NCBI RefSeq assembly: GCF_009914755.1
Contig: NC_060938.1
Length of the DNA stretch: 64,000 nucleotides
Reading direction: 5' to 3' (one strand)
Source: the human T2T-CHM13v2.0 reference genome, Homo sapiens
Both the position numbers and the translations under genes were made by a program. This document shows positions 30,721-46,480 of this stretch, piece after piece. The first letter of the stretch is position 1; every line of letters starts with the position of its first letter. A model generated the notes under the pieces. That model ran no database searches, was not told where the DNA came from, and saw only the letters and a list, made by a program, of their open reading frames with translations.

Positions 30721-31161
30721 AAATCAAATGAGAGGAGATTTGAATGAGTCTTGAATGATGACAAATGATCAGTTCTTTTAGTGGGTACATGTCAGTTCAG
30801 TATAAACATTTGAGTTATGGACACACTGGGTTCCCAAACTGTAAGTTCAGGATCTAAGACTGCCTGGGCAGACTGAGTAGATCTGAGTGCCTCCTTTTTG
30901 GAATAAAAGAATTTAGAAAACTGTGTGCTATCTATATAAGAACCAGAAGGTAGACTGGAGAGTCCTGTTGCTTACACAAGTCACCTCTGCTTATCTACTC
31001 TGCTCAATTCCTAATTTCTCTCTTCTGAAGGAAGAAGCAGTGATATGTCTATTCCACCTCCCTATTCTGTTATTCTTTTTAGCTCTTTCCATATTCTCTT
31101 GGTTGGTGATCTGAAGCACGACCTTTCTATTTTATTCATTTAAAAATATTTATTAATTGCT

Positions 31162-31501
<340 letters not shown>

Positions 31502-31604
31502 TTAGAAATAGAATATGCTCATTATAGAAAGCTTGAAAATACATAGAGCACAAAAAAAGAAATGCTCTAAATCATATGCCCTAGAGATAATCACTATAAA
31601 ATGG

Positions 31605-31913
31605 TTTTTTTTTTTTTTTTTTTTTTTTTTTGAGACGGAGTTTTGCTCTGTCACCGAGGCTGGAATGCAATGGCACGATCTTTGTTCACTACAACCTCTG
31701 CCTCCTGGATTTAAGTGATTCTCCTGCCTCAGCCTCCTGAGTAGCTGGGATCACAGGTGTGCACTACTACGCCTGGCTAATTTTTGTATTTTTAGTAGAG
31801 ACAAGGTTTCACCATGTTGGCCAGCCTGGTCTCGAGCTCCTGACCTCAGGTGATCCACCTGCCTCGGACTCCCAAAGTGCTAGGATTACAGGTGTGAGCT
31901 ACCACGCCTGGCC
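31605..31913 (-). mobile_element. AluS
   Basis: Antisense with a long T tract. Confidence 0.93.
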
Positions 31914-32225
31914 CCTTCAGTATTTTAAGGAAATATTTGACTGTATTATTTTTAAAAAACTCAGACTATTAAAAATGCCCTGCATCCTGTTTTTTTCATC
32001 CTTTAGTATTTTTAGCATTTTCTCATATCACAAATATTCATCAAAAATATTTCATAATATTCCGCTGCATGATTAGTCATTCTTATTATTTCTTCACTAC
32101 ATTACACACTACACTGTGATGAACATCCTTATATCATCTTTGTGCCCATCTCTGATTATTTCATCAGGTTAGATTTCTAAAAGTGAGGTTCTGACTTAAA
32201 GCCTCTGATATAAATAGTGAAATTG

Positions 32226-32390
32226 AGCCATGCACAGTGGCTCATGCCTGTAGTGCCAGCTGCTCAGGAGGCTGAGGTGTGAGGATCTCTCAAGCCCAGG
32301 AGTTCAAAGCTGCAGTGAGCTATGATGGCACCACTCTACTCCAGCCTGGACAACAGAGAAAGACCCCATCTCTAAAAAAACAAATAAATA
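32226..32390 (+). mobile_element. Alu right monomer (FRAM-like)
   Basis: Single monomer containing GCTGCAGTGAGCTATGAT. Confidence 0.8.
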
Positions 32391-33629
32391 GCGAAATTGC
32401 TTCCTAGAAAGGTGAAGTAGTTTAAACTACTATCAGCAGTGTGTAAGGTTGTATAAACAGTGCTATTACAAATATTAATTTCCATTTCATTTCTGTTATT
32501 TTTTACAAGTGGCTCTGCTCTTAGATTAGATAGAATTTTTTTGGCATGAGAAGAAAATTTAACTGTTTTAACATAATTTAACCATTTGTCTCTCACCCTT
32601 AAAAAAAATGTGTTCCTTGTTTCATTGACTTATGGTATCACATTTATACCTGAGTTTGAGCAAGTCTATTTCTTTGATTCATATGCTAATCCTTACATAT
32701 TTTTTTCTACGCTGCTTTGATTATCACAGTTTTATTGCACATTTTAACATCCCATGAGGCAAATTCCCCTGCAGTACTTTTTGTCTTGTACTTTTTTCTG
32801 ACTACTTTGACCCAATTCTTTTTGAAGATGAATTCTTCATTACCTTGTAGACTCATACAAAGTTTTGTAGTTTTTCTGTTTTAGAAAGACCATTAGAATA
32901 GGTAAACCATGTCAAGTTTATATGTATGTAAGTCAAAGAACAGAATATATCAAGGATACAAAAATGAGACTAATTTCATAAGTCATAATCTGGATAGTTG
33001 AAAAGTGACCACAAGTGAAAAGGTTTTCAACCCATGAAATCTGATTTTATGACCCAATATTCCATCAGGTATGTATGCAGAAATACAGTCAGTGTTCTAC
33101 TTCTCCCTCAAAAAATCTTGAATAAAATGGCTACTGATAATGCTAAGATCTTAAATTTTGCACTAGGAAATACTGACTCATCTAGAAACTAAACACAACA
33201 GATTGTGCTGTGGTTGTTTATACTCAAAACGGTCTCTGCTGAACACAGAGTAGTTATATAAAAGTGAGCTGAAATTCCTTTAATATTAAATATAGGAAAT
33301 GAGATCTCAAAACTCTTACAATACACATAATTTTAAGGTGCACAAATGTCATTGTCATTATAAGAAAAACTCAATATTGTAACTTTATAATTCATTTCAC
33401 CTTTGTCCCTTTAAAAAAATGTTGACGGTCACATCAATGAAATTGTTTCTCCTGAACAGAGAGCTCTGAGTTAATAGATCCACACTACTTAGAGCCTCTG
33501 GGGTCCCACACTGGAACAGACCCTAGTCTCATACCCAGCCACTTCCTCATTTAGTTTAGCTACCTGGTGCCCAACTCTGCGGACTTCTGTTAAACCCGAG
33601 GCTCTGAGCCAAGCCCGATTTCAAGTTCT

Positions 33630-33850
33630 CCGTATAGTTTAGGCATGGACTTTGCAGCCAGACAACTTGAACTTAAAATGCAGCTGTGTTTCATCAGGCA
33701 AACTCCCTAAATGCTCTGAGACTCAGTTTCTTCATTTACATAATTGGGATAATTCCAACCTTATAGAGCTATGATGAAATGAGGTTTTACATGTGTTATG
33801 CTTTTGGCTTATTACCCAGAATATAATAAATCCTCAATATGGCAATTATT
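33630..33850 (+). mobile_element. MIR
   Basis: GCATGGACTTTGCAGCCAGAC...CTCTGAGACTCAGTTTCTTCATTT core. Confidence 0.65.
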
Positions 33851-34001
33851 TGTTACACCTCTGAAATATCTCCAATAATTCAAGTAAGGATGCAATGCCT
33901 CAGTTGACTATGTACTATGGAATTAAGAAAGAAACTTGTGTGTTGTCTGGTTTTAAAACTGTTTTTTAAGGCATGTAATGTTGCTTATTTTACCTTTTTA
34001 A

Positions 34002-34145
<144 letters not shown>

Positions 34146-34783
34146 TAGACTTTGATACCTGGGATGTAACATAGGAGAGGGTTATCAGTGATCAGACATG
34201 TAAAACAGTATTATGCTATTTTATATGAGCAGATGTGAAATCCTCCTGGAACTGAAATCTTGGCTAGGTCTGCATTTGATCATCTGAGATAAATTTTCAA
34301 TTTATAATGGAAGTATACCAAAGTGTTGATATTTCTTATTTTAAAAAATATAAAGCATGGTGATTTAGAATTCTCATACATTGGATTGACTAGATATAAC
34401 ATTGGAGAAGTATCTCTTTGTAATGCTAAAAAGAAGTGAAAATCAACAGACTTATCTAATGAATGCAGATGTGGCAGAAAGAATGAGTAGCACTACCGTT
34501 GACTCTGAAGAGAGACTTCTTAGAGGTACTAATCAGTCACCAAAGGGCTACATAGAGAGCACATGCATGGAAGTGGGAATCAGTTTTGTGTTTCTAACTG
34601 GCGATTGATGTGGGGTAAACAAATGTGAGGCTTCTAGGAGGTGGAGGGGGAACTAATATGGCTTGTGAAGATAAATAGGCCTGGTAGATAATTAAACTTT
34701 CCCAGCTGATGCATCTGTTACAGAACTGGGTTCTATATAATTCTTTTTTGTGTGCCCCGCCCCACTGCCAGTTCTATATATAA

Positions 34784-35113
<330 letters not shown>

Positions 35114-35279
35114 TGAGGGTTATCTTCTGTTACAGTGATGGGTATTCCATTTTGGACCTCTAAGTGCAGTGCTGACTGCCTCTTATCTAGATTAACTTGA
35201 AACATTCAGGATTTTCCAGTTTTTAAGAAGAAACAACTTTTGATCCTTTTGGATATCTTTTATGTGTCTCCCCCATTAG

Positions 35280-35861
<582 letters not shown>

Positions 35862-36225
35862 TAAAAATTTAAGCATTTATTTCATTAAACAAACACCTGT
35901 GGCTTTACCCAATATTAACTGTTAAAGCAGCCCTACTCATCTCATTCTACAGATAAGGAAGCAAACTTCCTGGAAATGACATTTCTAGTAAGTGGCAAGG
36001 CCAAGATCCAAACCCAGGCATTCTGGCTCCAGAGTGCACATTCCTAACCACTGTATTGTTGGGAGAATTGCCATGAGAACCATGTCACATTAAGGAAATA
36101 TGCTTATACATATACAATTAAGGTGCTCATATTTAGCTCAAACTTGGACTATATCTCCAAATAGCCAGCTTATAACCTACCATGAATCTGCCATTCAGTA
36201 ATTTATCCTAACTTTCTTGTGTATG

Positions 36226-36506
<281 letters not shown>

Positions 36507-36595
36507 TAACTTTTATTTTAGTCAAGTTTTGTCTGGCATGAGTTTCCTAAGATAAGGTCTCCCATAGACTTTACCTATCCCATCAAAATTTCCTT

Positions 36596-36903
<308 letters not shown>

Positions 36904-37983
36904 ACTTTTTCCCCCCCGCTTAAGATAATAAAAACACACTCTGGTGTTATAAAAGGGTATAAGAAGGGTTTCTTTCTTCCTCACCCCAGCCTTAATATTA
37001 CTTTTGGCACAGGCCTCGTTCCTGAAGACATTAACGTAATGTGTTAGAGATCAAATAGGCCAACAAAAAGCTAAGATTCCCTTTCTGAGGATATAACTGA
37101 GTGACAGGAGGGAAGAATCAATGGACTTGTTTTTTTTAACACTCTTCTGTACCTCATTTTCCCTACTTAATTCCTAATGACATAACCTTTTTCCTTTCTA
37201 CACATTAGTACCTCTGCCAATGTACTCACATATTTTTACAGATACTGATGAAAGATTATTCTTAAAACAGAGAACACATGCAATTTAAGTTCCACATCTA
37301 GCTTGTAAAAAGTATTTTTTATACATCAGCAACTAGCCTGTGAAGTAAAGACCTGTTTACTATCATATTCCTTAATACTTAGCTTACTGAACTTATAGTT
37401 AACAGGATTGTATTCAGGCTATAAAGTGATTAGGTTGATTAAAGTTCAGGAGGCTGGACTACACCAATATTGATTCGTGAAAATTATCCCTTAGTGATAT
37501 TGAAAGTTGCAAAAGCCAGAAAATAGGGTAGGATTTTAGGGGTAGATCACAACAGTTTTTATTTATTTTCAGGGTCTTGCTCTGTCACCCAGGCTGGAGT
37601 ACAGTGGTGTGATTATTTTTTTTTTTAACTGTAATTATATGCTGGGCTTGAGCTAAACAATCTGAACTAGAATGTAGAACTGAAAAGAAGTGAGGAAAAC
37701 TGAGGGGGAGGAAAAAAATATTTTGACTTTTTTTTTTTTTAACCAGGGAGTGAGAGTCAGGAAAAGGAGACTGGAACAATTGGACATTGTTCCAAGTAGC
37801 TTTTACATCATCTAAACCTGCTGCATATCTTAGGTATTTACCACTCTGAGCACTGTATACCACTAGAAGGGGAATGAAACCTTAGATCTGTAGAGGAAAA
37901 CTATTACAGAAACTCCAAAAGTTATAGAAAATTGCACCCAGCATTAGATAGATGGTACTCTACACTAAGAATCTGCTAAATGA

Positions 37984-38293
37984 GGCCAGGTGTGGTGGCT
38001 TATGCCTGTTAATCCCAGCACTTTGGGAGGCCGAGGCAGATGGATCGCTTGAGCCCTGGAGTTCGAGATGAGACCAGCCTGAACAACATGGTGAAACCCC
38101 ATCTCTACAAAGAAATTTAAAAATTAGCTGGGCTTAGTGGCATGCGCTTGTAGTCCCAGCTACTTGAGGATGGGGGTGCTGAGGAGGATAGTTTGAGCCC
38201 AGGAAGTTGAGGCTGCAGTGAGCCTTGATTGTACCACTGCACTCCAGCATGGGCAAAAGAGCCAGACCCTGTCTGAGAAAAAAAAAAAAAAAA
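37984..38293 (+). mobile_element. AluJ
   Basis: Full length with poly(A). Confidence 0.9.
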
Positions 38294-39084
38294 GATTAAA
38301 TGAAAACTTCTACAATTGGGATTGGGGTGAATCCAACTAATGTATTATTACCCTAAATGTACAGTTGTACTAAAAGCCTTCTAGTAACTAAAGTGAATGG
38401 AAATAGAATACCTCAATGAAACTGGAAGAAATTACTCCAGTTTCATAAGATCCCTCTTGGGCAGTACTTTTTAGTCACTAGTTTTGCTTTGGGATTATAG
38501 GCTGACATTTTCTGATTATTAGACAGTTTGCCAATATAAAGATTGAAATGGAAGAGGATTTTTCATTATCAGAGGACTAGTCACCATTCCTCAAACAATG
38601 CAACCTTTGAACACTTTTGCTATTTACTTATCCCATCTCTTGTGCCATTCTTCCTTGCTTTAATGGATTGTGACTCTGACTCCAGTATACTGTTTGATGC
38701 AGGCCAACCTCATACGGAAAATTTTCACCATCCGCATTTACTGTAGGATTTTAAAAAAGATACTGTGGATCAGGTTAAAAGTCTTCTTCTATTCCTAGTT
38801 TATAGGTGTGTTCTGTCATTAATGGATATTGAACTTTATCAAATTATTTCTTATCAGTGATGACTTACCTGTTACTGTGGTGAATTACAGATATAGCAGA
38901 GTTTCTGGTTTGGACCACTCTTTTGCCACTCTCGTCACAATGACTGTGAAAACTTAATTTGTTCAGGGGATTTAATTGTCCAGAAATTAGTAAGCAGTTT
39001 TCGCTGCAACTATGTAACAGTGTATGGAAAACATATAGACATAATTCCATATATTAGCTAGACCTGATTTTCAATTCACTTTAA

Positions 39085-39276
<192 letters not shown>

Positions 39277-39595
39277 TGGTAACATTTTGACAACTGAAAG
39301 AAAAAGTACAAGGGGATCCAGTGTGTAAATTGTATTCTCATAATACTGAAATGCTTTAGCATACTAGAATCAGATACAAAACTATTAAGTATGTCAACAG
39401 CCATTTAGGCAAATAAGCACTCCTTTAAAGCCGCTGCCTTCTGGTTACAATTTACAGTGTACTTTGTTAAAAACACTGCTGAGGCTTCATAATCATGGCT
39501 CTTAGAAACTCAGGAAAGAGGAGATAATGTGGATTAAAACCTTAAGAGTTCTAACCATGCCTACTAAATGTACAGATATGCAAATTCCATAGCTC

Positions 39596-39601
39596 AATAA
39601 A
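39596..39601 (+). terminator. COCH: COCH proximal poly(A) signal
   Basis: AATAAA 320 nt after the stop codon. Confidence 0.55.
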
Positions 39602-40076
39602 AGAATCTGATACTTAGACCAAAAGCAACATTCGTTCTCTAACCATTCTGTATTGATTATATAAGCAAAATGAAAAGAGAAACTTAAATGAACACAGCTC
39701 TTTAACATGGTTCAGGTACACATATTTTGACCCAAGTGGATATTTTCTTAAAACCAATCAATAATAGCTAGCTATTACTGCAGACTATAAAATCTGGATA
39801 TAGAAAGGAGACCTGTATCAAACTGCTTTTGTAGTGTGTTTTCATAACAACTTATGACTAAAAATATCACACTGAATAAGAGAGCAGGATTGCCAGGTAT
39901 TTTTCTATTTCTCTCCTTAATTTTATATGTATATAGATATATTTGGCTTATATTCTAAGTCACCTAAGTACTTAAAAGTTAAGTTGGTAAAGTATTTACT
40001 GACTGCTTATAAACATTTAAAGACAAAGACATTTCAAATAACTGCAGAAAAAATATTGTAGTTTGAATATTTAAGC

Positions 40077-40082
40077 AATAAA
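40077..40082 (+). terminator. COCH: COCH distal poly(A) signal
   Basis: AATAAA followed by GT/T-rich sequence at the end of the repeat-free 3' UTR. Confidence 0.7.
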
Positions 40083-40236
40083 ACTGCTAGTGAGTTATTG
40101 TAAGCTGGCTTACTTTTATTACTGCAAGTGTCTCCCCTGAGGATATGGTAAAAATTCATGTGGAAAGACCAATCTGAATTGTTTTTTAAATCATGTAATA
40201 ATACCAAGAATATTTTTTCTTTGATTCAATTATTTA

Positions 40237-40544
<308 letters not shown>

Positions 40545-41997
40545 AGACACAAGTTTATTGAATACCTACTGTCCTAGGCATTATACACAGCCACTACCTG
40601 ATTAAACAGTATAAGATATTTTTGAGTACTTGCTTCACCAGAAATGTTTTGTAATTGACATCATTTTTTACTTAAAAATGCTTGTGAAGTTGGTTCCTAT
40701 GAAAGGAGAACATCAGGACTCCCTTAATGTGACTTAGATGATTCGCTTACCAAGGCCTCTCCCAAAAGACAGAGGTGCTCTATCATCCCACCTTGTCTGT
40801 CTTTTCTAAAGATAGGTCCTATCTCCTCCTCTCATCCACCTAAGCCCCCTGAAATGTGTTAACTGGTTAGAATAATATACTCCAGTAAATCTTCTGAGTC
40901 TTACAATTTTATACCCTGCATAAGAGGAATAAAAGGACTACATGCAGGGAGAAACAAACTGGAATTGACTTTTTCACTACATAAAAATTTGAATTTGAAA
41001 ATAGAGTTTGAGAAGACAACCTCCCCTTTTATAAAATGCTTCAAACATGACTGAATCATGTAACAGGGATAATTTTAATTAAACATCATAAAAACTGGGT
41101 TTAGCATAGTATGATTTTTCCCCAGTAAGTAGACCAAAAACTCTCAGCTAGGAGTACAACCCCTTGGAAAATTAAGCTCTAATGAAAACCCAGCTACCAC
41201 TCATTAGCCCTTTTAAGAAAGTGGTTTTTTCTTTAATTTTATAAAGGACCAAGTTTTGAGTCACCTGAAGTAACCAGGGAATAGCAGCAAGACAGCAGAA
41301 ATCAGAACTGTAGGTTACTATCAATAATTATGTAAGTAAACATAATCAGGATAAAGGTTATTTACAGGAGACAGAGTAAAAAGGAAATACGTATTACAAT
41401 CCAACTTAAGCAAACATGCTTAGATTTCAAATATGCTGGCCCATTTATAACTTAATGCATTAAATGCAATGTTAGTCTTCAACAGGTAAGTTACCTAGTT
41501 TGAAATAATGAGAAAAACAACATGAAATGAGAGGCAGAATATGATTAACTATTGAAGAAATCAACATATTAAGATTTGTATAAAGTACTAATAGTGAAAT
41601 TAATCTAATTTCCCATGTGTCAAATGGAAGCACACATAATGAAAATAAGACATTATTTTTGCATACCTTTAGTCTCTTCCAAATGTTTAATACTGCAGAG
41701 AAAAATACAACCAAAGGAGATAGAACAAAATAAACATATATACTAATTTTTATCCATTTCAGTTTTAATACATTCCAAAATACGTCAATGTTTATGCATT
41801 CCAATAATCATCACATTTCAGATCAATGATAATGTACTGGGTTGGAATAGGTGCTAGAAACAATTCTAGCTTTGGAAAAGCTTATTCTTTATTTCAAAAA
41901 AGAAGAAACAGAAGAGGAGAAAAGTACCCCCTTTAATTTGTCCTTTAGTTGAATGTTCAGTTCAGAAAAACAAAAAAAATGGTATTTAAAAAAAACT

Positions 41998-42333
<336 letters not shown>

Positions 42334-42564
42334 TCAATGACTAAAATTGCCACTTAGATTTTTATGGTAGATGACAAAATTTCTCAGTGTACAATGTAAT
42401 TTCTTCCCCCAGCAACAGCAGCAAGCATTCAAATTGAATTTCACACGTAAGTTTTCTAGTGTTCCCTTCTAATTTCATCTGCAATTCCCTTCAAAGGATA
42501 TTACCTTATTGAAGAAAAGTTTCAAAATATTGTTTAACATTATAAGACAACTTTTAACTAACAT

Positions 42565-42958
42565 GTTGGTGCAAAAGTAATTGCCATTGAAATGGCAAAA
42601 ACCACAATTACAAACGGCAAAAACCACAATTTTTTTTTTTTTTTTTTTTTTTTGAGACAGAGTCTCTGTCACCCAGGCTGGAGTGCAGTGGCGTGATCTC
42701 AGCTCACTGCAAGCTCCGCCTCCCGGACTCACACCTCAGCCTCAGCCTCCCGAGTAGCTGGGACCATAGGCACCCGCCACCACGCCCGGCTAATTTTGTG
42801 TGTGTGTGTTTTTAGTAGAGACGGGGTTTCATCGTGTTAGCCAGGATGGTCTTGATCTCCTGACCTCATGATCCACCCACCTCGGCCTCCCAAAGTGCTG
42901 GGATTATAGGCCTGAGCCACCGCGCCCGGCCAAAAACCGCAATTACTTTTGCACCAAC
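42565..42958. mobile_element. MADE1 (Hsmar1-derived MITE) split by an Alu
   Basis: Perfect 20-bp inverted repeats GTTGGTGCAAAAGTAATTGC (42565-42584) and GCAATTACTTTTGCACCAAC (42939-42958). Confidence 0.88.
42631..42931 (-). mobile_element. AluY inside MADE1
   Basis: Y diagnostics; TSD AAAAACC(A/G)CAATT. Confidence 0.92.
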
Positions 42959-43299
42959 TAACCTAAATATTCAATGTAGTTTATTCCTTGCTGAATTTTT
43001 TTGTGGGAACAGGTATGGCAAATAGAACAACACTGCCATTAATTGAAATTCAGATTTAATAATGTAACAGGATGTCTAAGCAAATTACTTAAAACTGCAC
43101 CTGTGCATTTTTGGGGGTTATTTTGAATTGCATAATTTAATGCAAGACTTTTTCTTAATCTTCAAGTGGGGTGAAATACTTAGACATTATTAATAGTGTT
43201 AGTGATCTACTCTTATTAGAATATCAATAAGTAGGACAAAGTTTGAAAGAACAGCATAAAAATGAAGGACTCACTAAGAAATCTCCATTTCCTAGTTTA

Positions 43300-44893
43300 A
43301 TTATGGAGAATAAAGTATTGCACTTTATTATTCAACACAAAATGATGTAGCCAACAGTAACATACAGGTACACAATTTAATATTTATTATATGCATTTTA
43401 TATACATTATTTTTCAACAGCTGTATGTTTGCTATGTGGTACAATCTTAAAAATTTGCTGATTCATAGTTTGTAAAACAAAAACCTTACAAAACTCATCA
43501 AAACTCGCAAACTGATCAGAAAAGTTTCTCGGAAGACTAGAAAAAATACTTTATTGTCTTAATCATGCATTACACAAACAAAATCTTTAGTTACACCATA
43601 AAATTAAGCACATCTAAAAAAATAAAACAGGGATAACTAGTCAAAACACAGCAGATTTCTGTATCCTGATTCAACTATTTTTGTATCCTATTTGTAATGC
43701 AAATAAAACTTTACTCCAAATATTTTTAAACAAGTTAGTTTTGTTTGGAATCATGGTAAACCAAGATATATATCTTAGGGGGAACCACCTTGGTTTGTAA
43801 TTTAAACTATAAAATACTCCATTTTTAGTCTATTTTAGACTATTCAAAGAGTTCCAAAATAGATATACAGGTTCCTTTAGCACATTAATAAAAGGATATA
43901 AAGACCAACAAAAAGTGAAATAAATAATAGGCCATTAGCAAGATGGATAATCCTTGATAAATAAACTTGTAAATACAGTAAGATGTACAAAATATCACAT
44001 AGTGATAGGATGCCAAGATTAGTTTTTTTCTTTAAGAGTTCATTTGGAGTACTAAACCCCACTGTTTCATTTTAATACACTTAATAGTCCTTGGTTTATG
44101 AAGACATTTATGTGATGATGAAAGTTATTTAGCATCTTTATGGAAGGACTTAGCTGAGCTGTATTAGGCAAAAGAAGGAAAGAAAGTGGTTACAGGGCAA
44201 CGGGTCAGTGAGATCTCTGTGTTTTAGGGTTGTATAATGCAGAAAAACTTCAATACAATCTTGAGCACTGTTGTGACAGGCTAAATATATAAAAAGACTT
44301 ATAAAAACTAGAATTTTATCCAAACATTTTGTGCAACTAATGCTAAAATATTTTAAGTTAAATTTTCTTTTTCTTTTTTTTTTTTTTTTAAAGCAAAATA
44401 AGTTTAAAAGGGAATCTGTGGCATTCAACCGATAAACAGAAGATCACTAAGAGATGAAAAAAAGCTACTCTTGGAGCTCACTTCCCCCAACAAGAGCACC
44501 ACATTCCTAACCCCTAAGGCAGCACACAGAGTCCAAAAAAAAAAAAAAAAAAAAAAAAAAAAGAAGAAGAAGAAGAGAAAAAAAAAAACTTTTTTGAAAG
44601 ATCAGACTCCACATTGGCTTAAAGACACCTAAAAACAGATATACGCTCAGTTCACATCCAGTACAGGCCACAAATACTGGAGTCCTTTTTTCTTTGTCCC
44701 ACAAAATACAGTAATTACAGTTAACTTAATGAGCTTGACATTAAGATGTGATTTCCACCAATTTGTGCCTGCCCCAGATAGCCTTCACCAGGCAGATCAC
44801 ATGTAGTGTCATATCAGTAACCTTTCTGATGGCAGTGATGCAGACCCTCTTTCTGTCCAAGCAAATCTTGTTACGATGCAAGTTTTTGTTGAT
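43300..44893 (-). other. STRN3: STRN3 3' UTR
   Basis: Repeat-free AU-rich stretch from the stop codon to the AATAAA cluster; includes a long U tract (A run at 44535-44562 on +). Confidence 0.7.
43324..43329 (-). terminator. STRN3: STRN3 poly(A) signal
   Basis: TTTATT on + is AATAAA on -; further copies at about 43383 and 43550. Confidence 0.65.
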
Positions 44894-45063
44894 TCATACA
44901 AATACTTTGGCAAGAGCATCAGCTCCTGCACTAGCTATATATGCTTTTGACGAGTGGAAAGCAACATCATAAATTGATTCATCCAATTTCTTTCTGTGAG
45001 CTGTTATTTCTTGCACACATGTCTTGCTGTCTAAATTCCATAATCTGATGGAACAGTCATGGC
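44894..45063 (-). CDS. STRN3: Striatin-3 last coding exon (WD40 C-terminus)
   Basis: SHDCSIRLWNLDSKTCVQEITAHRKKLDESIYDVAFHSSKAYIASAGADALAKVFV*, the striatin-family C-terminus; acceptor ttacAG; 170 nt. Confidence 0.96.
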
Positions 45064-45144
45064 CTGTAAAAGAACAAATAAAATTTGTTACTGAGTAACA
45101 ATCTTTTATAAAGTTTGTGGGCAGTACAGGACTTTAAGACTTAC

Positions 45145-45231
45145 TTCCAGACATCAAATAGATTCCATTAGGATCTACTGCTAGACTTGTAACAGCATCC
45201 AAGTGAGCTACCATAGAATGGATCATTTTAC
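45145..45231 (-). CDS. STRN3: Striatin-3 penultimate exon (WD40)
   Basis: GKMIHSMVAHLDAVTSLAVDPNGIYLMSG; tttAG / GTAAGT; 87 nt; followed by an 81-nt last intron. Confidence 0.95.
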
Positions 45232-45331
45232 CTAAACAAAACATAACAGAGAACTGATTAAGTTTTCACAAATACTAACTCGAGACAACAGAAACTACAA
45301 TATAGCATCAACATAAAACAATCATTATAGC

Positions 45332-45660
45332 AACTTTTTTATTGTGGTAAAATATACACAACATAAAATTTACCACTGTAAACATCTGAGTACACAATCC
45401 TGTGTCTTTTAGAACATTCACAATGTTACACAACCATCACCATTCTCTAGAGTTCCGAACATTTTCATCACTGGAAAAGGAAACCCCATACCCAATTAAG
45501 CAGTCACTCCTATTTGCCCCTCCAACCCCTGACCACTAATCGACTCTTTCTATAGACTGGCCTATTCTGGATACTTCGTATAAGTGAACTCATACAATAC
45601 GTGGCTTTTTGTGTCTGGCTTCTTTCACTTAATATAATGTTTTAAGGGTACATCCACCAC
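45332..45660 (-). mobile_element. L1MB-type 3' end
   Basis: TTTTTTATTGTGGTAAAATATACACAACATAAAATTTACC...TTTTGTGTCTGGCTTCTTTCACTTAA. Confidence 0.8.
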
Positions 45661-45830
45661 TACGGTAATGTTTTCAAGAGAATTTTAATTCAAATGCATA
45701 ACTTTCTCTAATAATTACTCCTAAAAAAGACATCTGTGTAACATGTATCTGACAATATCTGATAGACACTGTAAAGCAATGACAATAGGATTGCATCAAA
45801 GGCTCAAGATCGTGTAAACTGGAATTAAAT

Positions 45831-46092
45831 AAGCCAAGTGTGGTGAGGTGTGCCTGTAGTTCCAAGCTACTCAGGAGGCTGAGGTTGTGGAATCACTTGA
45901 ACCCAGGAGTTCAAGGCTGCAGTGCACTATGACTGTGCCTGTGAGTGGCCACTGTACTCTAGCTAGCCTGGGCAACATAGTGAAATGCTGTCAAGAAAGG
46001 AAAGGCAAGGAAAATGGGAAGGAAAGAGAAAAGAGAAGAAAGAAAAGAAAGGGAAGGGGAGGGGAGGGGAGGGGAGGGAAGAAGGAAGGAAA
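45831..46092 (+). mobile_element. Alu monomer (FAM/FRAM) with purine-rich tail
   Basis: Monomer 45831-45991 followed by a GA-rich low-complexity tract. Confidence 0.75.
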
Positions 46093-46402
46093 AGTGTCAG
46101 TGAAAGACCTTAAGACTATTTTATATACTGGGCTAACAATAAATAAATCACCAGAAAATATGTTTCTACCTAAACATTCCATTATCAAGTTCAGTTCACT
46201 TATCCTTTGAAATATAATCATTTTACATACTCTAAAAAAGAAAGGAGTAAACAAATTACTCTAGATTTCCCCAGATATTAACAAAAACACTGCTCTGGAA
46301 AATGTGACTTAATGAGTATCTTCAGTGAAGATTTGGCAAGCAAATGGAATTCAACAGCAAGTAGAATTTAAAAGACAAGTTGTGAACACAAAGTTGTATT
46401 GC

Positions 46403-46480
46403 ACAAATACTTTGGGGCAAGGGCATCCTGCAATGGTAATATATGCTTTGGATGGATAGAAAGCATTATAAACTGATTCA
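46403..46480 (-). pseudogene. Degenerate intronic copy of the striatin terminal coding exon
   Basis: Hand alignment to 44898-44981 gives 64/76 matches with 3 small indels, same orientation. Confidence 0.8.
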
